Of a DNA stretch of 64,000 nucleotides, positions 1-9,179 are shown in pieces. Origin of the DNA: Candidatus Paracaedimonas acanthamoebae (lineage in GTDB: Bacteria > Pseudomonadota > Alphaproteobacteria > Caedimonadales > Caedimonadaceae); NCBI GenBank assembly GCA_017307065.1, contig JAFKGL010000010.1, forward strand, positions 9,500 to 73,499, in the 5' to 3' direction. A program made the position numbers and the translations under genes. The notes under the pieces are model-generated. The model saw only the letters and a program-made list of their open reading frames with translations. It was not told the origin of the DNA and did no database searches. The number at the start of each line of letters is the position of its first letter. The stretch's first letter is position 1.

Positions 1-1158
1 GATGCCTCTGCAGATGATCTTAAAAAAGCCTATCGCAAGCTTGCGATGAAATATCATCCGGATCGAAATCAATCCGATAAAGAAGCCGAAAAAAAATTTA
101 AAGAAATTAATGAAGCCTATGAAATTCTGAAAGACGATCAAAAACGAGCGGCCTATGATCGCTATGGTCATGCTGCTTTTGATCCTGCGGCTGGTGGATT
201 TGGCGGTGGCGGTCGTGGAAGTAATGGGCCTGGATTTGATTTCCATTTCTCTCAAGGGGGCGGTGGTTTTTCAGATATCTTTGAAGAAGTTTTCAGTGAA
301 TTTATGGGCGGTGGCGCCCGACAACAAGGCGCAACCTCTTCTGCTCAACGCGGGTCCGATTTACGTTATAACTTGAAGATTACGCTTGAAGATGCCTTTA
401 AAGGAGCCCAAACAACCATCAAGCTTAACACGCCGGTTAAGTGTGACACGTGTGAAGGACATGGCACCGCAAAAGGCACTAAGCCTGAGACGTGTACGAC
501 GTGTCGAGGGCGAGGGTCTATTCGCATGCAGCAAGGATTTTTTTCTGTTGAGCGAACATGTACAACATGTCATGGGGCAGGCCAACTTATTAAAGATCCT
601 TGTAAAGGATGTCGTGGCACGGGCCGAAAAACAGGTGAGCGGACTCTTTCTGTCGCGATTCCTGCGGGTATTGAGGATGGATCTCGTATTCGTCTTGCCG
701 GAGAAGGCGAAGCTGGTCTGCGCGGTGGCCCCGCTGGGGATCTGTACGTTTTTGTCGCGATTGAAGACCATCGTTTATTTGAACGAGAAGGCTCTGATTT
801 GTATTGCAAAACTCCAATTTCGTTTGGAACCGCGGCCCTTGGCGGAACGCTTGAAATGCCAACGATTGATGGTAATCACGTTCGTGTTACAATCCCAGAA
901 GGCACTCAAAGTGGACGCCAATTCCGATTAAAAGGCAAGGGAATGTCTATTTTAAGGCGGTCTGGCCGAGGCGATATGATTATTCAAGTGAATATAGAAA
1001 CTCCTGTTCATCTTAATAAACGACAAAAAGAGTTGCTAAAGGAACTCGATGAAACGATGAAAAAAGGGGATCATACGCCTGAAAATGATAAATTTATGGC
1101 GAAAATTAAAAAGTTCCTTGAAGGATTAAAGCATTGTCTTTCCTTGTGGGGATTATAA
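1..1158 (+). CDS. dnaJ: Molecular chaperone DnaJ (5'-partial, start lies upstream of window)
   Basis: Frame 1 is open from base 1. J-domain HPD motif (KYHPDRN), Gly/Phe-rich linker, four CxxCxGxG zinc-finger repeats ([32 protein letters not shown]) and C-terminal substrate-binding domains. Confidence 0.95.
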   Translation, partial: DASADDLKKAYRKLAMKYHPDRNQSDKEAEKKFKEINEAYEILKDDQKRAAYDRYGHAAFDPAAGGFGGGGRGSNGPGFDFHFSQGGGGFSDIFEEVFSEFMGGGARQQGATSSAQRGSDLRYNLKITLEDAFKGAQTTIKLNTPVKCDTCEGHGTAKGTKPETCTTCRGRGSIRMQQGFFSVERTCTTCHGAGQLIKDPCKGCRGTGRKTGERTLSVAIPAGIEDGSRIRLAGEGEAGLRGGPAGDLYVFVAIEDHRLFEREGSDLYCKTPISFGTAALGGTLEMPTIDGNHVRVTIPEGTQSGRQFRLKGKGMSILRRSGRGDMIIQVNIETPVHLNKRQKELLKELDETMKKGDHTPENDKFMAKIKKFLEGLKHCLSLWGL

Positions 1159-1233
1159 TAGCTTGCGACCTGCCATGATCTAAGTTAAAAATAATTTAAT
1201 TAAAATTTTAATTAAATAGGTGAGGCTTATATT

Positions 1234-2550
1234 TTGCGACAATTTAGATTTATTTTAGGGGTGTTAAGCGGATTTTTGATTTTTTCTCAAGGAATGCAGG
1301 CGAGTTCTTCTCAACAAGAAATCACAGTTCTTAAAGAGCAATTGAAAGTCTTGATGCAGAGAATTGAAACCCTTGAGAAAAATCAGAAAGTAACTCAAGC
1401 AGGTCTTTCCGCACCGCAAGAAAAAATTACGAATGTCAGCGATTTACCCAAACCAACAGCGCCTTTACAGGTGATCTCAGGCAATAATAAAGTCCAACTT
1501 ACTCTTTCAGGCCAAATCAATCGTTTGGTGAGTTTTGATAGTAACGGCAAAAACTCTCAAGTGTCTCATAAGGATAACTCCTTTTCTTCAACACGCCTCA
1601 ATTTTACGGGGAAAGGTGCTCTCAATGATGAGACCACAGTTTCTGGCGTCCTTGAAGTTGAAATTCGCTCAGATGCGAGTTCAACACGGGATATTGGAAC
1701 GGCGTCGGACCCAAGTTCATCGGTATTTTTGAGAGAGCGCCGCATTGAGGCTATTTTCGATCATAAAAGATATGGAAAGTTATGGTTAGGGCAAGGGCCT
1801 ATGGCGAGTGATAGCACCTCAGAAGTAGATTATTCTGGGACAGATGTGATTACCAGTGGATCAGAGATCCAAGATCAGGCAGGAGGCATTAAGTTCTTTA
1901 ATAAACGGACACAGCAGAAAGATGCTCGCACGATTGGTGCTGTTTATGATAACTATGGGCAGACTTTCCGCCAAGATCGCGTCCGTTATGATACGCCCAA
2001 TTTTAATGGTTTTGTGTTTGGCGCGAGCCACGCTACACGCGATATTGTGGATGCTTCTTTAAAATACGCAGGCGAGTATGAGAAAACAAAATTTGGGGCC
2101 GCTGTCGCCGTTGCGAAGAATCCTTTCACAGGGGCCACGCGTAAAGGATGGGAGCAATATAATGGGTCGGCTTCTATTCTTTTCTCAAATGGGCTCAGTT
2201 TAATGGGCGCTTCAGGTCATCGTAAATTCAAAGACAAGGGGCGTAATCCAGGTAAATATTGGTATGGGAAGGTTGGCTATCAATTTAACTATTTTGACGT
2301 TGGAAAAACGGCGTTTGCCATAGATTATGCCTGGAGTAAATCGATAGCGGATGATCCCAGTTTCACGCTGACAGATTTTAACATCATCAATACAGAGCGT
2401 TTTAATAGTTATGGCCTTGTTGCTGTTCAATCTCTTGATTCTGCCGCAACCGAAGTGTATGCCGCAGCGCGGACGCATCAACTGAAACGTCAAGGTGACT
2501 GGTTCAGTAGGATTTTTTCTTTTGTTGCCGGTGTGCGAGTTAAACTTTAA
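1234..2550 (+). CDS. Putative outer-membrane porin-like beta-barrel protein with N-terminal coiled-coil segment
   Basis: TTG start 8 nt after GGTGAGG. Signal peptide (RQFRFILGVLSGFLIFSQGMQA/SS), heptad-like stretch (EITVLKEQLKVLMQRIETLEKNQ), then about 350 aa of short alternating Gly/aromatic-rich strands. Family assigned by pattern only. Confidence 0.5.
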   Translation: MRQFRFILGVLSGFLIFSQGMQASSSQQEITVLKEQLKVLMQRIETLEKNQKVTQAGLSAPQEKITNVSDLPKPTAPLQVISGNNKVQLTLSGQINRLVSFDSNGKNSQVSHKDNSFSSTRLNFTGKGALNDETTVSGVLEVEIRSDASSTRDIGTASDPSSSVFLRERRIEAIFDHKRYGKLWLGQGPMASDSTSEVDYSGTDVITSGSEIQDQAGGIKFFNKRTQQKDARTIGAVYDNYGQTFRQDRVRYDTPNFNGFVFGASHATRDIVDASLKYAGEYEKTKFGAAVAVAKNPFTGATRKGWEQYNGSASILFSNGLSLMGASGHRKFKDKGRNPGKYWYGKVGYQFNYFDVGKTAFAIDYAWSKSIADDPSFTLTDFNIINTERFNSYGLVAVQSLDSAATEVYAAARTHQLKRQGDWFSRIFSFVAGVRVKL

Positions 2551-2750
2551 TGAAATTCTTCTTTGGGATCTTAGGCCTAGGCAGCGTTTGTTTAAGTGGG
2601 TGTCACGGTTTTAAAGCCGGCACATACCCTGAACAAAGTGAGATGAAAAAGGGGCCTGGCCTTTTTACAGGTGACCAAGGTGAATTTGAAATTCTATCGC
2701 CTCAAAAATCCCGTGATGAAAGAAGCCCTGAGCCTTCTAAGAGTTCTTAA
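2550..2750 (+). CDS. Small putative lipoprotein
   Basis: TAATG stop/start overlap with the upstream porin-like gene. Signal peptide with lipobox LSGC (MKFFFGILGLGSVCLSG/C). 66 aa. Confidence 0.5.
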   Translation: MKFFFGILGLGSVCLSGCHGFKAGTYPEQSEMKKGPGLFTGDQGEFEILSPQKSRDERSPEPSKSS

Positions 2751-3541
2751 GTAAAACAGGACAGTAAATGTTCGTAACTTGTTGAAATTGCAAGTAAAAC
2801 TTCAAGCAAAATTAAGATGATAATAATCCACTCAAGTCTTGTGGAATGACGATGGTTTAACGTATCCCCTAAAATTTGAAAAAGTTCATGAATCATCTCA
2901 AGTTTGCGATTTAAACTTTGGGTTCGTGATTTGATATCAAGATCTTTGGCAGCTTGACGATAAAAAGACTCATATTCAGAGTTCTCCCAGAAAAAATCGG
3001 GGGTGTCGAGGAAATCACTTTGAAGATTGATAGAGCTTCTTTCAAAGAAAAGCGCGCCTATTTTTCGACCAATCTGACGACGAGAGAGAGGGACTTTTCC
3101 TTTTGTTGCAAGGGCTTGGGTAATAACGCTAGCATCTTCGATCGCGGATTCAATTCGGCGCTCGTAAACAAGTAATTTTACGGATTGAGCAAGTCCATAA
3201 GAAATTGCGAGTTTTAGAAGAGGATCTTGGGCATCTTCCAGCGTAATCTCATCTTGAGACATCCGGGTGTGAGGTCCATAGTGAAATGAAAATTCATCAA
3301 ATTCCGGCGTTTTGAGAGGCTCTATTTCATATTTCAGAATATATTTTAAAGATTCTTGTTCTTCTTCTTCTGAAAGATTCCAAAAAATAACGCAACCATG
3401 ATCAAAACAAAAGACTTCACCTTTTTTAAAGCGAAAATGAATGACATCTTGATACAGAGTGGTAGGGCATCGGGAGCGCAAAAAGTCATTTATTTGGGCA
3501 AGATCATATGTTTTTGCTGTGCAATAAGCGGAGCAACGCAT
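2747..3541 (-). CDS. RMD1/DUF155 family protein
   Basis: C-terminal half matches the DUF155 pattern, including the terminal TM helix (LEWIIIILILLEVLLAI). The ORF is open to 3667, but the ATG at 3541 (MRCSAYCTAKTYDL) follows an AGAAAG purine patch and gives a typical length. Start is uncertain. Confidence 0.7.
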   Translation of the reverse strand: MRCSAYCTAKTYDLAQINDFLRSRCPTTLYQDVIHFRFKKGEVFCFDHGCVIFWNLSEEEEQESLKYILKYEIEPLKTPEFDEFSFHYGPHTRMSQDEITLEDAQDPLLKLAISYGLAQSVKLLVYERRIESAIEDASVITQALATKGKVPLSRRQIGRKIGALFFERSSINLQSDFLDTPDFFWENSEYESFYRQAAKDLDIKSRTQSLNRKLEMIHELFQILGDTLNHRHSTRLEWIIIILILLEVLLAISTSYEHLLSCFT

Positions 3542-3716
3542 GTGGGTACTTTCTGATATTCTTCCTAACCCTACTGAAAACAATGCTTTTTGGCAAGTCT
3601 CTCCCCTGAAAAAGTATGAATTGCAATTTTTGCATAGCAAAGATGTAACAATTGCCCTTGAAGTCAAAAATTTTCGTCCTATATATGAAACATAACCAAA
3701 CTCAAGGACCGTTATT

Positions 3717-4577
3717 ATGCTTAAAAAATCCCTCCTTCTTATGACCGTTATCTCTTTAAATATTTTGCCAAGTTTTGCCTCAGATGATCAATCAGACGAG
3801 AAAAAATCTTTTTTTCCGCAGAATTTTTCGAAAGATCAATGGACGCAACTTTATACTAAAGGAGAAGCCACCGAAGGCTTTAAAGTTTATCGAGTAGATG
3901 AGGAAAATAAAAAAAAGTTAACACCTAATAAATCACAAATTTTGACTAATTATACAAATCCTCTGGAAGAACGTCTCTGTTTTAAGGAAGCGAGTTATGA
4001 GGAAGATGAAAAATACGAGATAGAAATGCTTCCTGGAATGAAAGAAATGGGGATTTTGAAAACATTTAAAGGAATTTATACACTTCCGGGTGCATATGCA
4101 TTTAGTTCTATTAATGAAATAAATGTGGTGGGTAGTTATGATGTTTTTCGTCCAATTTTTTCTCATGGTGATGTTGAGCAGAATCCCCTCTGTCTTCATG
4201 TATTGTATGAATTTGATGCAACTTTTATAAAGCAAACTTCTGGGGCACACCGCATTAATCAAACGCTTATGAAATTTTTCTATGTTCACAAAGCGTTGCA
4301 ACAGCCAGAGATATATCCTTTAGATTATAATGAGGTGGCTAAAATCGCTGGACGTACATGGTTTGTTGAGTATATGAAGAGTCAAAAAATGTCAGATGAA
4401 ATATGTCTAAAAATGTTATTTAATCCTGAAGATATACGTTTAGAAAACGAATTCTATACGACGATCAGCAATTCTTTGAAGAATGAAATTTATTTGTCAT
4501 TAGGGATTGATACAGCACTTCTTGAATCTATGTATGCAGGGCTTGGTTGGAAAAAAATTAGTTTAGATCGTACTTAA
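3717..4577 (+). CDS. Hypothetical secreted protein (no recognisable family)
   Basis: 286-aa ORF with signal peptide (MLKKSLLLMTVISLNILPSFA/SD). AT-rich, followed by a strong intrinsic terminator. Confidence 0.6.
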   Translation: MLKKSLLLMTVISLNILPSFASDDQSDEKKSFFPQNFSKDQWTQLYTKGEATEGFKVYRVDEENKKKLTPNKSQILTNYTNPLEERLCFKEASYEEDEKYEIEMLPGMKEMGILKTFKGIYTLPGAYAFSSINEINVVGSYDVFRPIFSHGDVEQNPLCLHVLYEFDATFIKQTSGAHRINQTLMKFFYVHKALQQPEIYPLDYNEVAKIAGRTWFVEYMKSQKMSDEICLKMLFNPEDIRLENEFYTTISNSLKNEIYLSLGIDTALLESMYAGLGWKKISLDRT

Positions 4578-4623
4578 ATCCCACAATTTAATAAAGATAA
4601 ACTTTCTTAAAAAGTTAGTTATA

Positions 4624-4653
4624 AGGAGCAAATTAAATTTTGCTCCTTTTTTA
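4624..4653 (+). terminator. Rho-independent terminator after the 286-aa gene
   Basis: aggagcaaa-ttaaa-ttttgctcct stem-loop followed by a T-run (tttttatt). Confidence 0.75.
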
Positions 4654-4727
4654 TTGAAAAGTCGTATTGTACACTCTTTCCAAAATCTTTTACTCTTAAT
4701 GGAACAAAAAAGCGAAAGGTTAAGAAG

Positions 4728-5615
4728 GTGCCTCAACGTGATTTAAAATCAGTGAAATATGCAAGTTATGCGTCGGTCGTTGTTGCTTGCATCTTGATTC
4801 TTGCAAAATTTTTCGCCTGGCAAGTGACAGGGGCTTTGAGCCTGCAAGCTTCGTTGATTGATTCAGTGCTTGATGGATTAGCCTCGCTTTTAAATATGTT
4901 TGCAATCCGTGAAGCCCATCGTCCTCCTGATGCAGAACACCGTTTTGGACACGGTAAAATTGAGGCAATTGGGGCGTTAGCTCAATCCATTTTTATTTTT
5001 GGGTCTGCAAGTTGGTTGTTTTACGAAGCGGGGAATCGTTTCTTACATCCTGAGTCTGTTGAAGAGGCGGGCATCGGGTTGGGAGTGATGGGATTTTCGA
5101 TTGTTCTGACGCTTGCCCTTGTTTTGTATCAAAAGCATGTTTTTAAGCGCACCCATTCTATCGCCATTCAGGCGGATTCAATTCATTACCAAAGTGACTT
5201 ATTTATTAATATAAGCGTTATTATTGCGCTTTTAGGAAGCCGCTTTAACGGGATGTCTTTTTTGGATCCTCTCATTGGGACAGGCATTGCGGCTTATATT
5301 TTATACACAGCCTGGAAAGTTGTTGCTCAATCTTTTGATATTCTCATTGATCGCGAATTCTCTCAAGAAGATCGACAAAAGATCATTCAACTTGTTTTAA
5401 ATCATCCCCAAGTTTTAGGGTATCATGATTTAAGAACTCGCTCTTCTGGGACACAGAAATTTATTCAAATTCATCTTGAAATGGATGGCGATTTAACCTT
5501 AAAAACAGCTCATAAAATTTCTCTAGAGGTCATCTTGAAAATTCAACAAGCTTTTCCTTATACAGAAGTCTTAATCCATGAAGATCCCAGTGGCGAAATC
5601 GATGATCATCCTTAA
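4728..5615 (+). CDS. Cation diffusion facilitator (CDF) family metal efflux transporter (FieF/YiiP-like)
   Basis: GTG start. Six predicted TM helices, conserved HxxxD-type sites (SLIDSVLD, HYQSD) and a C-terminal cytoplasmic domain (VLGYHDLRTRSSGTQKFIQIHLEM). Confidence 0.85.
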   Translation: MPQRDLKSVKYASYASVVVACILILAKFFAWQVTGALSLQASLIDSVLDGLASLLNMFAIREAHRPPDAEHRFGHGKIEAIGALAQSIFIFGSASWLFYEAGNRFLHPESVEEAGIGLGVMGFSIVLTLALVLYQKHVFKRTHSIAIQADSIHYQSDLFINISVIIALLGSRFNGMSFLDPLIGTGIAAYILYTAWKVVAQSFDILIDREFSQEDRQKIIQLVLNHPQVLGYHDLRTRSSGTQKFIQIHLEMDGDLTLKTAHKISLEVILKIQQAFPYTEVLIHEDPSGEIDDHP

Positions 5616-5697
5616 AAGAAATTAGGTAAAAAAGAAGGCGCCAATTTGAATTAGTGGCGCTTATCGATATTAAACTAAATAACCTCTTCTTTCGGTT

Positions 5698-8454
5698 TTA
5701 ACTTGCTTCTGCCCAGCTTCGACCGACACCCGTATCAACAGTTAAAGGAATATCTAGATAGACGACTTTCTCCATCGTTTGTTTTCCGATTTGAAGAGTG
5801 GCTTCAACTTCCGTTTCTGGAATCTCAAGAATCAATTCATCATGAACTTGAAGAAGCATCTTTCCTTTCAATTGGGCTTTAGCGAGATTGATCGGAAGGT
5901 GAATCATGGCTTGTTTTATAATATCGGCTGCTGTGCCTTGAAGAGGTGCATTAATAGCTTGGCGTTCGGCAAAGCCTTTTAAGGTAGGATTTTTTTCGTG
6001 AATACCCATGATAAAACATTTTCGTCCAAATAAGGTTTCAACATATCCTTGAGCTCGAGCTTTTTCTTTTTGATCTTCCATGAAAGCCAAAATCCCAGGA
6101 TAGCGAGCATTATAAATTTCAATATAATGAGCAGCTTCTTTGGGGGAGATTTTTAATTGCCGCCCCAAACCAAAGGCACTGATACCATAAATGATTCCAA
6201 AATTGATGGCTTTTGCCCGACGACGATGTTCTGCATCAACATTTTCCAAGGGCAAGCCAAATACTTCCGACGCCGTTAAGGCGTGGATATCGTAACCGTT
6301 TCGAAAAGCCGTTTTTAAAGATTCCATATTTGCCATTTGAGCGAGAAGTCTTAATTCAATTTGAGAATAGTCCAAAGAGATGAGCATGTGCCCCGGTTTT
6401 GCGACAAAGGCTTCTCGAATCTTACGTCCTTCTTCCGACCGTATAGGAATGTTTTGAAGGTTAGGATTGCTTGAAGAAAGGCGACCTGTCGAAGTCATCG
6501 TCATTCCAAATGTGGTATGAACACGTCCAGTATGTGGATTAATTTCTTCAACTAACGCATCTGTGTAGGTACTTTTAAGTTTTGCAAGTTGTCGCCAATC
6601 AAGAATTTTTTGAGGTAAGTTATGGCCTTGATTAGCTAAATCTTCGAGGACCTCAGCCCCTGTTCCATAAGAACCACTCTTTCCTTTTTTACCCGTGCCT
6701 AATTTCAGCTCTTCAAAAAGAACTTCGCCGAGTTGTTTGGGAGAGGCAAGATTAAAAGGGTGCCCTACTTCTTGATGAATTTCTTGTTCGAGGAAATGAA
6801 GACGTTCTTGAAAATTCTGGCTCAGTTCTTTTAATTTTTGAAGATTGACCGTGATCCCGATCATTTCCATTTCAGTTAAGATAGGGATTAAAGGCCGATC
6901 AATGGTTTCATAAATACTTGTCGCTTGTTCTTTTGGAAGTCTAGGTTTTAACAATTGATAAAGTCGAAAGGTCATGTCCGCATCTTCTGCGGCATAAGTG
7001 CATGCCTTATCTAATGGGACAAAGTCAAAAGTAACTTCTTCTTTGCCTGTGCCCACCACCTCTTTATATTTTATTGTTTGATGATCAAAATGAACTTGAG
7101 ATAATTCATCAAGACCATGCCCATGATGGGTCCCATCTAAAATATAAGAAAGTACCATCGTATCATCATAAGGAGCCACGTTGATATTTTCTTGCGAGAG
7201 AATAAGAGCATCGTATTTTATATTGTGCCCAATTTTAAGAATAGAAGGATCTTCTAAGAGTTCTTTTAATTCTTTAAGAGCCTTTTCATAAGGGATTTGT
7301 TGAGGATTTGTTGAGGGCCCTGAAAATAAATCTTCGGGCGTTTTTGTTTTGTGTCTCAAAGGGATATAACAAGCTTTTCCTGGTGCAAGAGCTAAAGAAA
7401 CGCCAACAAGTTCGGCTTGGAGAGCTTTCAAGGAGGTTGTCTCTGTATCAAGCGCAATGACACCTTGAAATTTAGCTTCGTGAATCCACTTTTGCAGCTC
7501 TTCGAGATGTGTGATTAATTGATAGTTGGCCTTCATAGGAGTGGGTTTTTGAGGAGAATCAGAAGTCGCTGGTTTAGAAGCGATCGTTCCTTCACGCTCA
7601 AGACGGGAAAGAAGGGAGCGGAAATTCTGTGTTTCAAGAAAGCTTCTTAATTTTACAGGTTCTGGTACCCTTAATTCTAAGTTTTCAAGGGGCATTGGGA
7701 GGGGAACTTCTTTGGAAAGAGTCACAAGCTGATATGACAAAAGGGCTTCTTTTGTATTTTGCTGAAGCGTTTCACGACGTTTTGTTTGAGGGATTTCATG
7801 AAGACGGTTCAATAAATCGTGAAGAGATCCGAACTCTTGAATAAGTTGCATTGCTGTTTTAAGTCCTATTCCTGGGACACCTGGGATATTATCCGAACTA
7901 TCTCCGGCTAGGGCTTGCACATCAACAACATTCTCAGGTTTGACGCCAAACTTAATTTCGACTTCAGCTTCTCCAATAGACTTATTTTTCATAGGATCAA
8001 ACATACGAACGTTTGGACCGATAAGTTGCATCAGATCTTTATCTGAAGAGACAATTGTTACATCTGCTCCTTGTTGAAGAACAGCTTGAGTATAACTCGC
8101 GATCAGGTCATCAGCTTCATACCCTATTAACTCAATTGAGGGGACATTAAAAGCCTGGCAAGCTTCGCGGATGAGTGGAAATTGAGGAATAAGCTCGGGT
8201 GGCGGTGGAGGACGATTGGCTTTATAGTCGGGATAAATATCATGGCGAAAATTTCGTCTAGCCGTATCAAAGATAACCCCTAAATGGTCCACGTTAGTTT
8301 CAGATAAAAGCTTCATGAGCATATTTGTAAAACCCAGAACTGCATTGACAGGAGTCCCATCAGGTCGCGTTAGCACAGGTAATCCATGAAAAGCTCTAAA
8401 AATAAAGCCTGATCCGTCAATTAAATACACGTGTTTTAAAGGAGTTGGTGCCAT
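5698..8454 (-). CDS. polA: DNA polymerase I
   Basis: 918 aa. N-terminal 5'-nuclease domain, 3'-5' exonuclease motif (ALDTETTSL), polymerase motifs A (DYSQIELRLLA), B (RRRAKAINFGIIYG) and C (LQVHDEL). Confidence 0.97.
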   Translation of the reverse strand: MAPTPLKHVYLIDGSGFIFRAFHGLPVLTRPDGTPVNAVLGFTNMLMKLLSETNVDHLGVIFDTARRNFRHDIYPDYKANRPPPPPELIPQFPLIREACQAFNVPSIELIGYEADDLIASYTQAVLQQGADVTIVSSDKDLMQLIGPNVRMFDPMKNKSIGEAEVEIKFGVKPENVVDVQALAGDSSDNIPGVPGIGLKTAMQLIQEFGSLHDLLNRLHEIPQTKRRETLQQNTKEALLSYQLVTLSKEVPLPMPLENLELRVPEPVKLRSFLETQNFRSLLSRLEREGTIASKPATSDSPQKPTPMKANYQLITHLEELQKWIHEAKFQGVIALDTETTSLKALQAELVGVSLALAPGKACYIPLRHKTKTPEDLFSGPSTNPQQIPYEKALKELKELLEDPSILKIGHNIKYDALILSQENINVAPYDDTMVLSYILDGTHHGHGLDELSQVHFDHQTIKYKEVVGTGKEEVTFDFVPLDKACTYAAEDADMTFRLYQLLKPRLPKEQATSIYETIDRPLIPILTEMEMIGITVNLQKLKELSQNFQERLHFLEQEIHQEVGHPFNLASPKQLGEVLFEELKLGTGKKGKSGSYGTGAEVLEDLANQGHNLPQKILDWRQLAKLKSTYTDALVEEINPHTGRVHTTFGMTMTSTGRLSSSNPNLQNIPIRSEEGRKIREAFVAKPGHMLISLDYSQIELRLLAQMANMESLKTAFRNGYDIHALTASEVFGLPLENVDAEHRRRAKAINFGIIYGISAFGLGRQLKISPKEAAHYIEIYNARYPGILAFMEDQKEKARAQGYVETLFGRKCFIMGIHEKNPTLKGFAERQAINAPLQGTAADIIKQAMIHLPINLAKAQLKGKMLLQVHDELILEIPETEVEATLQIGKQTMEKVVYLDIPLTVDTGVGRSWAEAS

Positions 8455-8554
8455 TGATATTTCTCTTTATTTGCGGTGAAAGAAAATTATCATGAATTTT
8501 AGGGAGGTGCATGAAGAAAATACCGCGATGCAAGAAAATACCATGATACAAGGA

Positions 8555-8583
8555 TTGACAATTAAGCGTAAAAACCGTATAGA
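8555..8583 (+). promoter_or_regulatory. Candidate sigma70-type promoter for rpmH-rnpA
   Basis: TTGACA (8555-8560), 17-nt spacer, TATAGA (8578-8583), about 37 nt upstream of the rpmH ATG. Confidence 0.45.
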
Positions 8584-8619
8584 CTGCTTTCAATAAATTA
8601 GTTCCTAAGGAGATTTCAA

Positions 8620-8754
8620 ATGAAGCGGACCTATCAGCCAAGCGTTTTGGTAAGAAAGCGTCGTCATGGATATCGCGCTCGTATGGCAACAATTGGTGGC
8701 CGTAGAGTTTTAGCAAATCGACGAGCTAAAGGGCGCGCAAGACTCTCTGCCTAG
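8620..8754 (+). CDS. rpmH: 50S ribosomal protein L34
   Basis: Not in the ORF track (44 aa). Translation is [44 protein letters not shown], the canonical L34 sequence. AGGAG lies 7 nt upstream. Confidence 0.95.
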   Translation: MKRTYQPSVLVRKRRHGYRARMATIGGRRVLANRRAKGRARLSA

Positions 8755-8759
8755 AGACT

Positions 8760-9104
8760 GTGACCTTTTTTATTTCTCTGAAAAAGAGACAAGAATTTAA
8801 AAAAATTTCTAGCCTTGGAAAACGCTGGGTTACCTCAGCGTTTATCTTGCAATGTCTTCCTCAAGAAGAAAATTTCCTCTTTCATCATGCTCGTTTCGGT
8901 TTTACTGCAAGTCGAAAGATTGGTGGTGCTGTCCAGCGAAATAGGGCCCGACGTCGCTTAAAGGAAGTTGTGCGGCTTAATCTGACTCATACCCAAACCA
9001 ACTTTGATTATGTTCTGATCGCACGCGATAAAGCACTTACCATTGATTTTCAAAAACTTGAGAGAGATTTTCGATGGGCCTTAACACATATTCATGCCCA
9101 TTAG
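8760..9104 (+). CDS. rnpA: Ribonuclease P protein component
   Basis: GTG start 6 nt after the rpmH stop, the canonical rpmH-rnpA pair. RNR-type motif FGFTASRKIGGAVQRNRARRRLKE. Confidence 0.9.
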   Translation: MTFFISLKKRQEFKKISSLGKRWVTSAFILQCLPQEENFLFHHARFGFTASRKIGGAVQRNRARRRLKEVVRLNLTHTQTNFDYVLIARDKALTIDFQKLERDFRWALTHIHAH

Positions 9105-9111
9105 AGTAAAA

Positions 9112-9140
9112 TTGGTTGTATTAGAAAATAATTCTATTTT
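9112..9140 (+). promoter_or_regulatory. Weak candidate promoter upstream of the gspE/pilB-like gene
   Basis: TTGGTT, 17-nt spacer, TATTTT. Located between rnpA and the ATPase gene. Confidence 0.3.
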
Positions 9141-9179
9141 AAAAAAGAAGTAGATGAAGACATAATACACGGAGATTTT

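Noticed and set aside
155-931. Five overlapping ORFs in other frames or on the opposite strand within dnaJ (155-376, 361-771, 386-931, 570-809, 590-862).
   Set aside because: The DnaJ frame has unambiguous motifs across this span. The alternatives are Arg/Ser/Pro-rich translations typical of off-frame reads of a relatively GC-rich gene.
8417-8716. 99-aa minus-strand ORF spanning the polA start and the rpmH gene.
   Set aside because: It is antisense to the unmistakable L34 coding sequence and overlaps the polA N-terminus, so it is a spurious frame.
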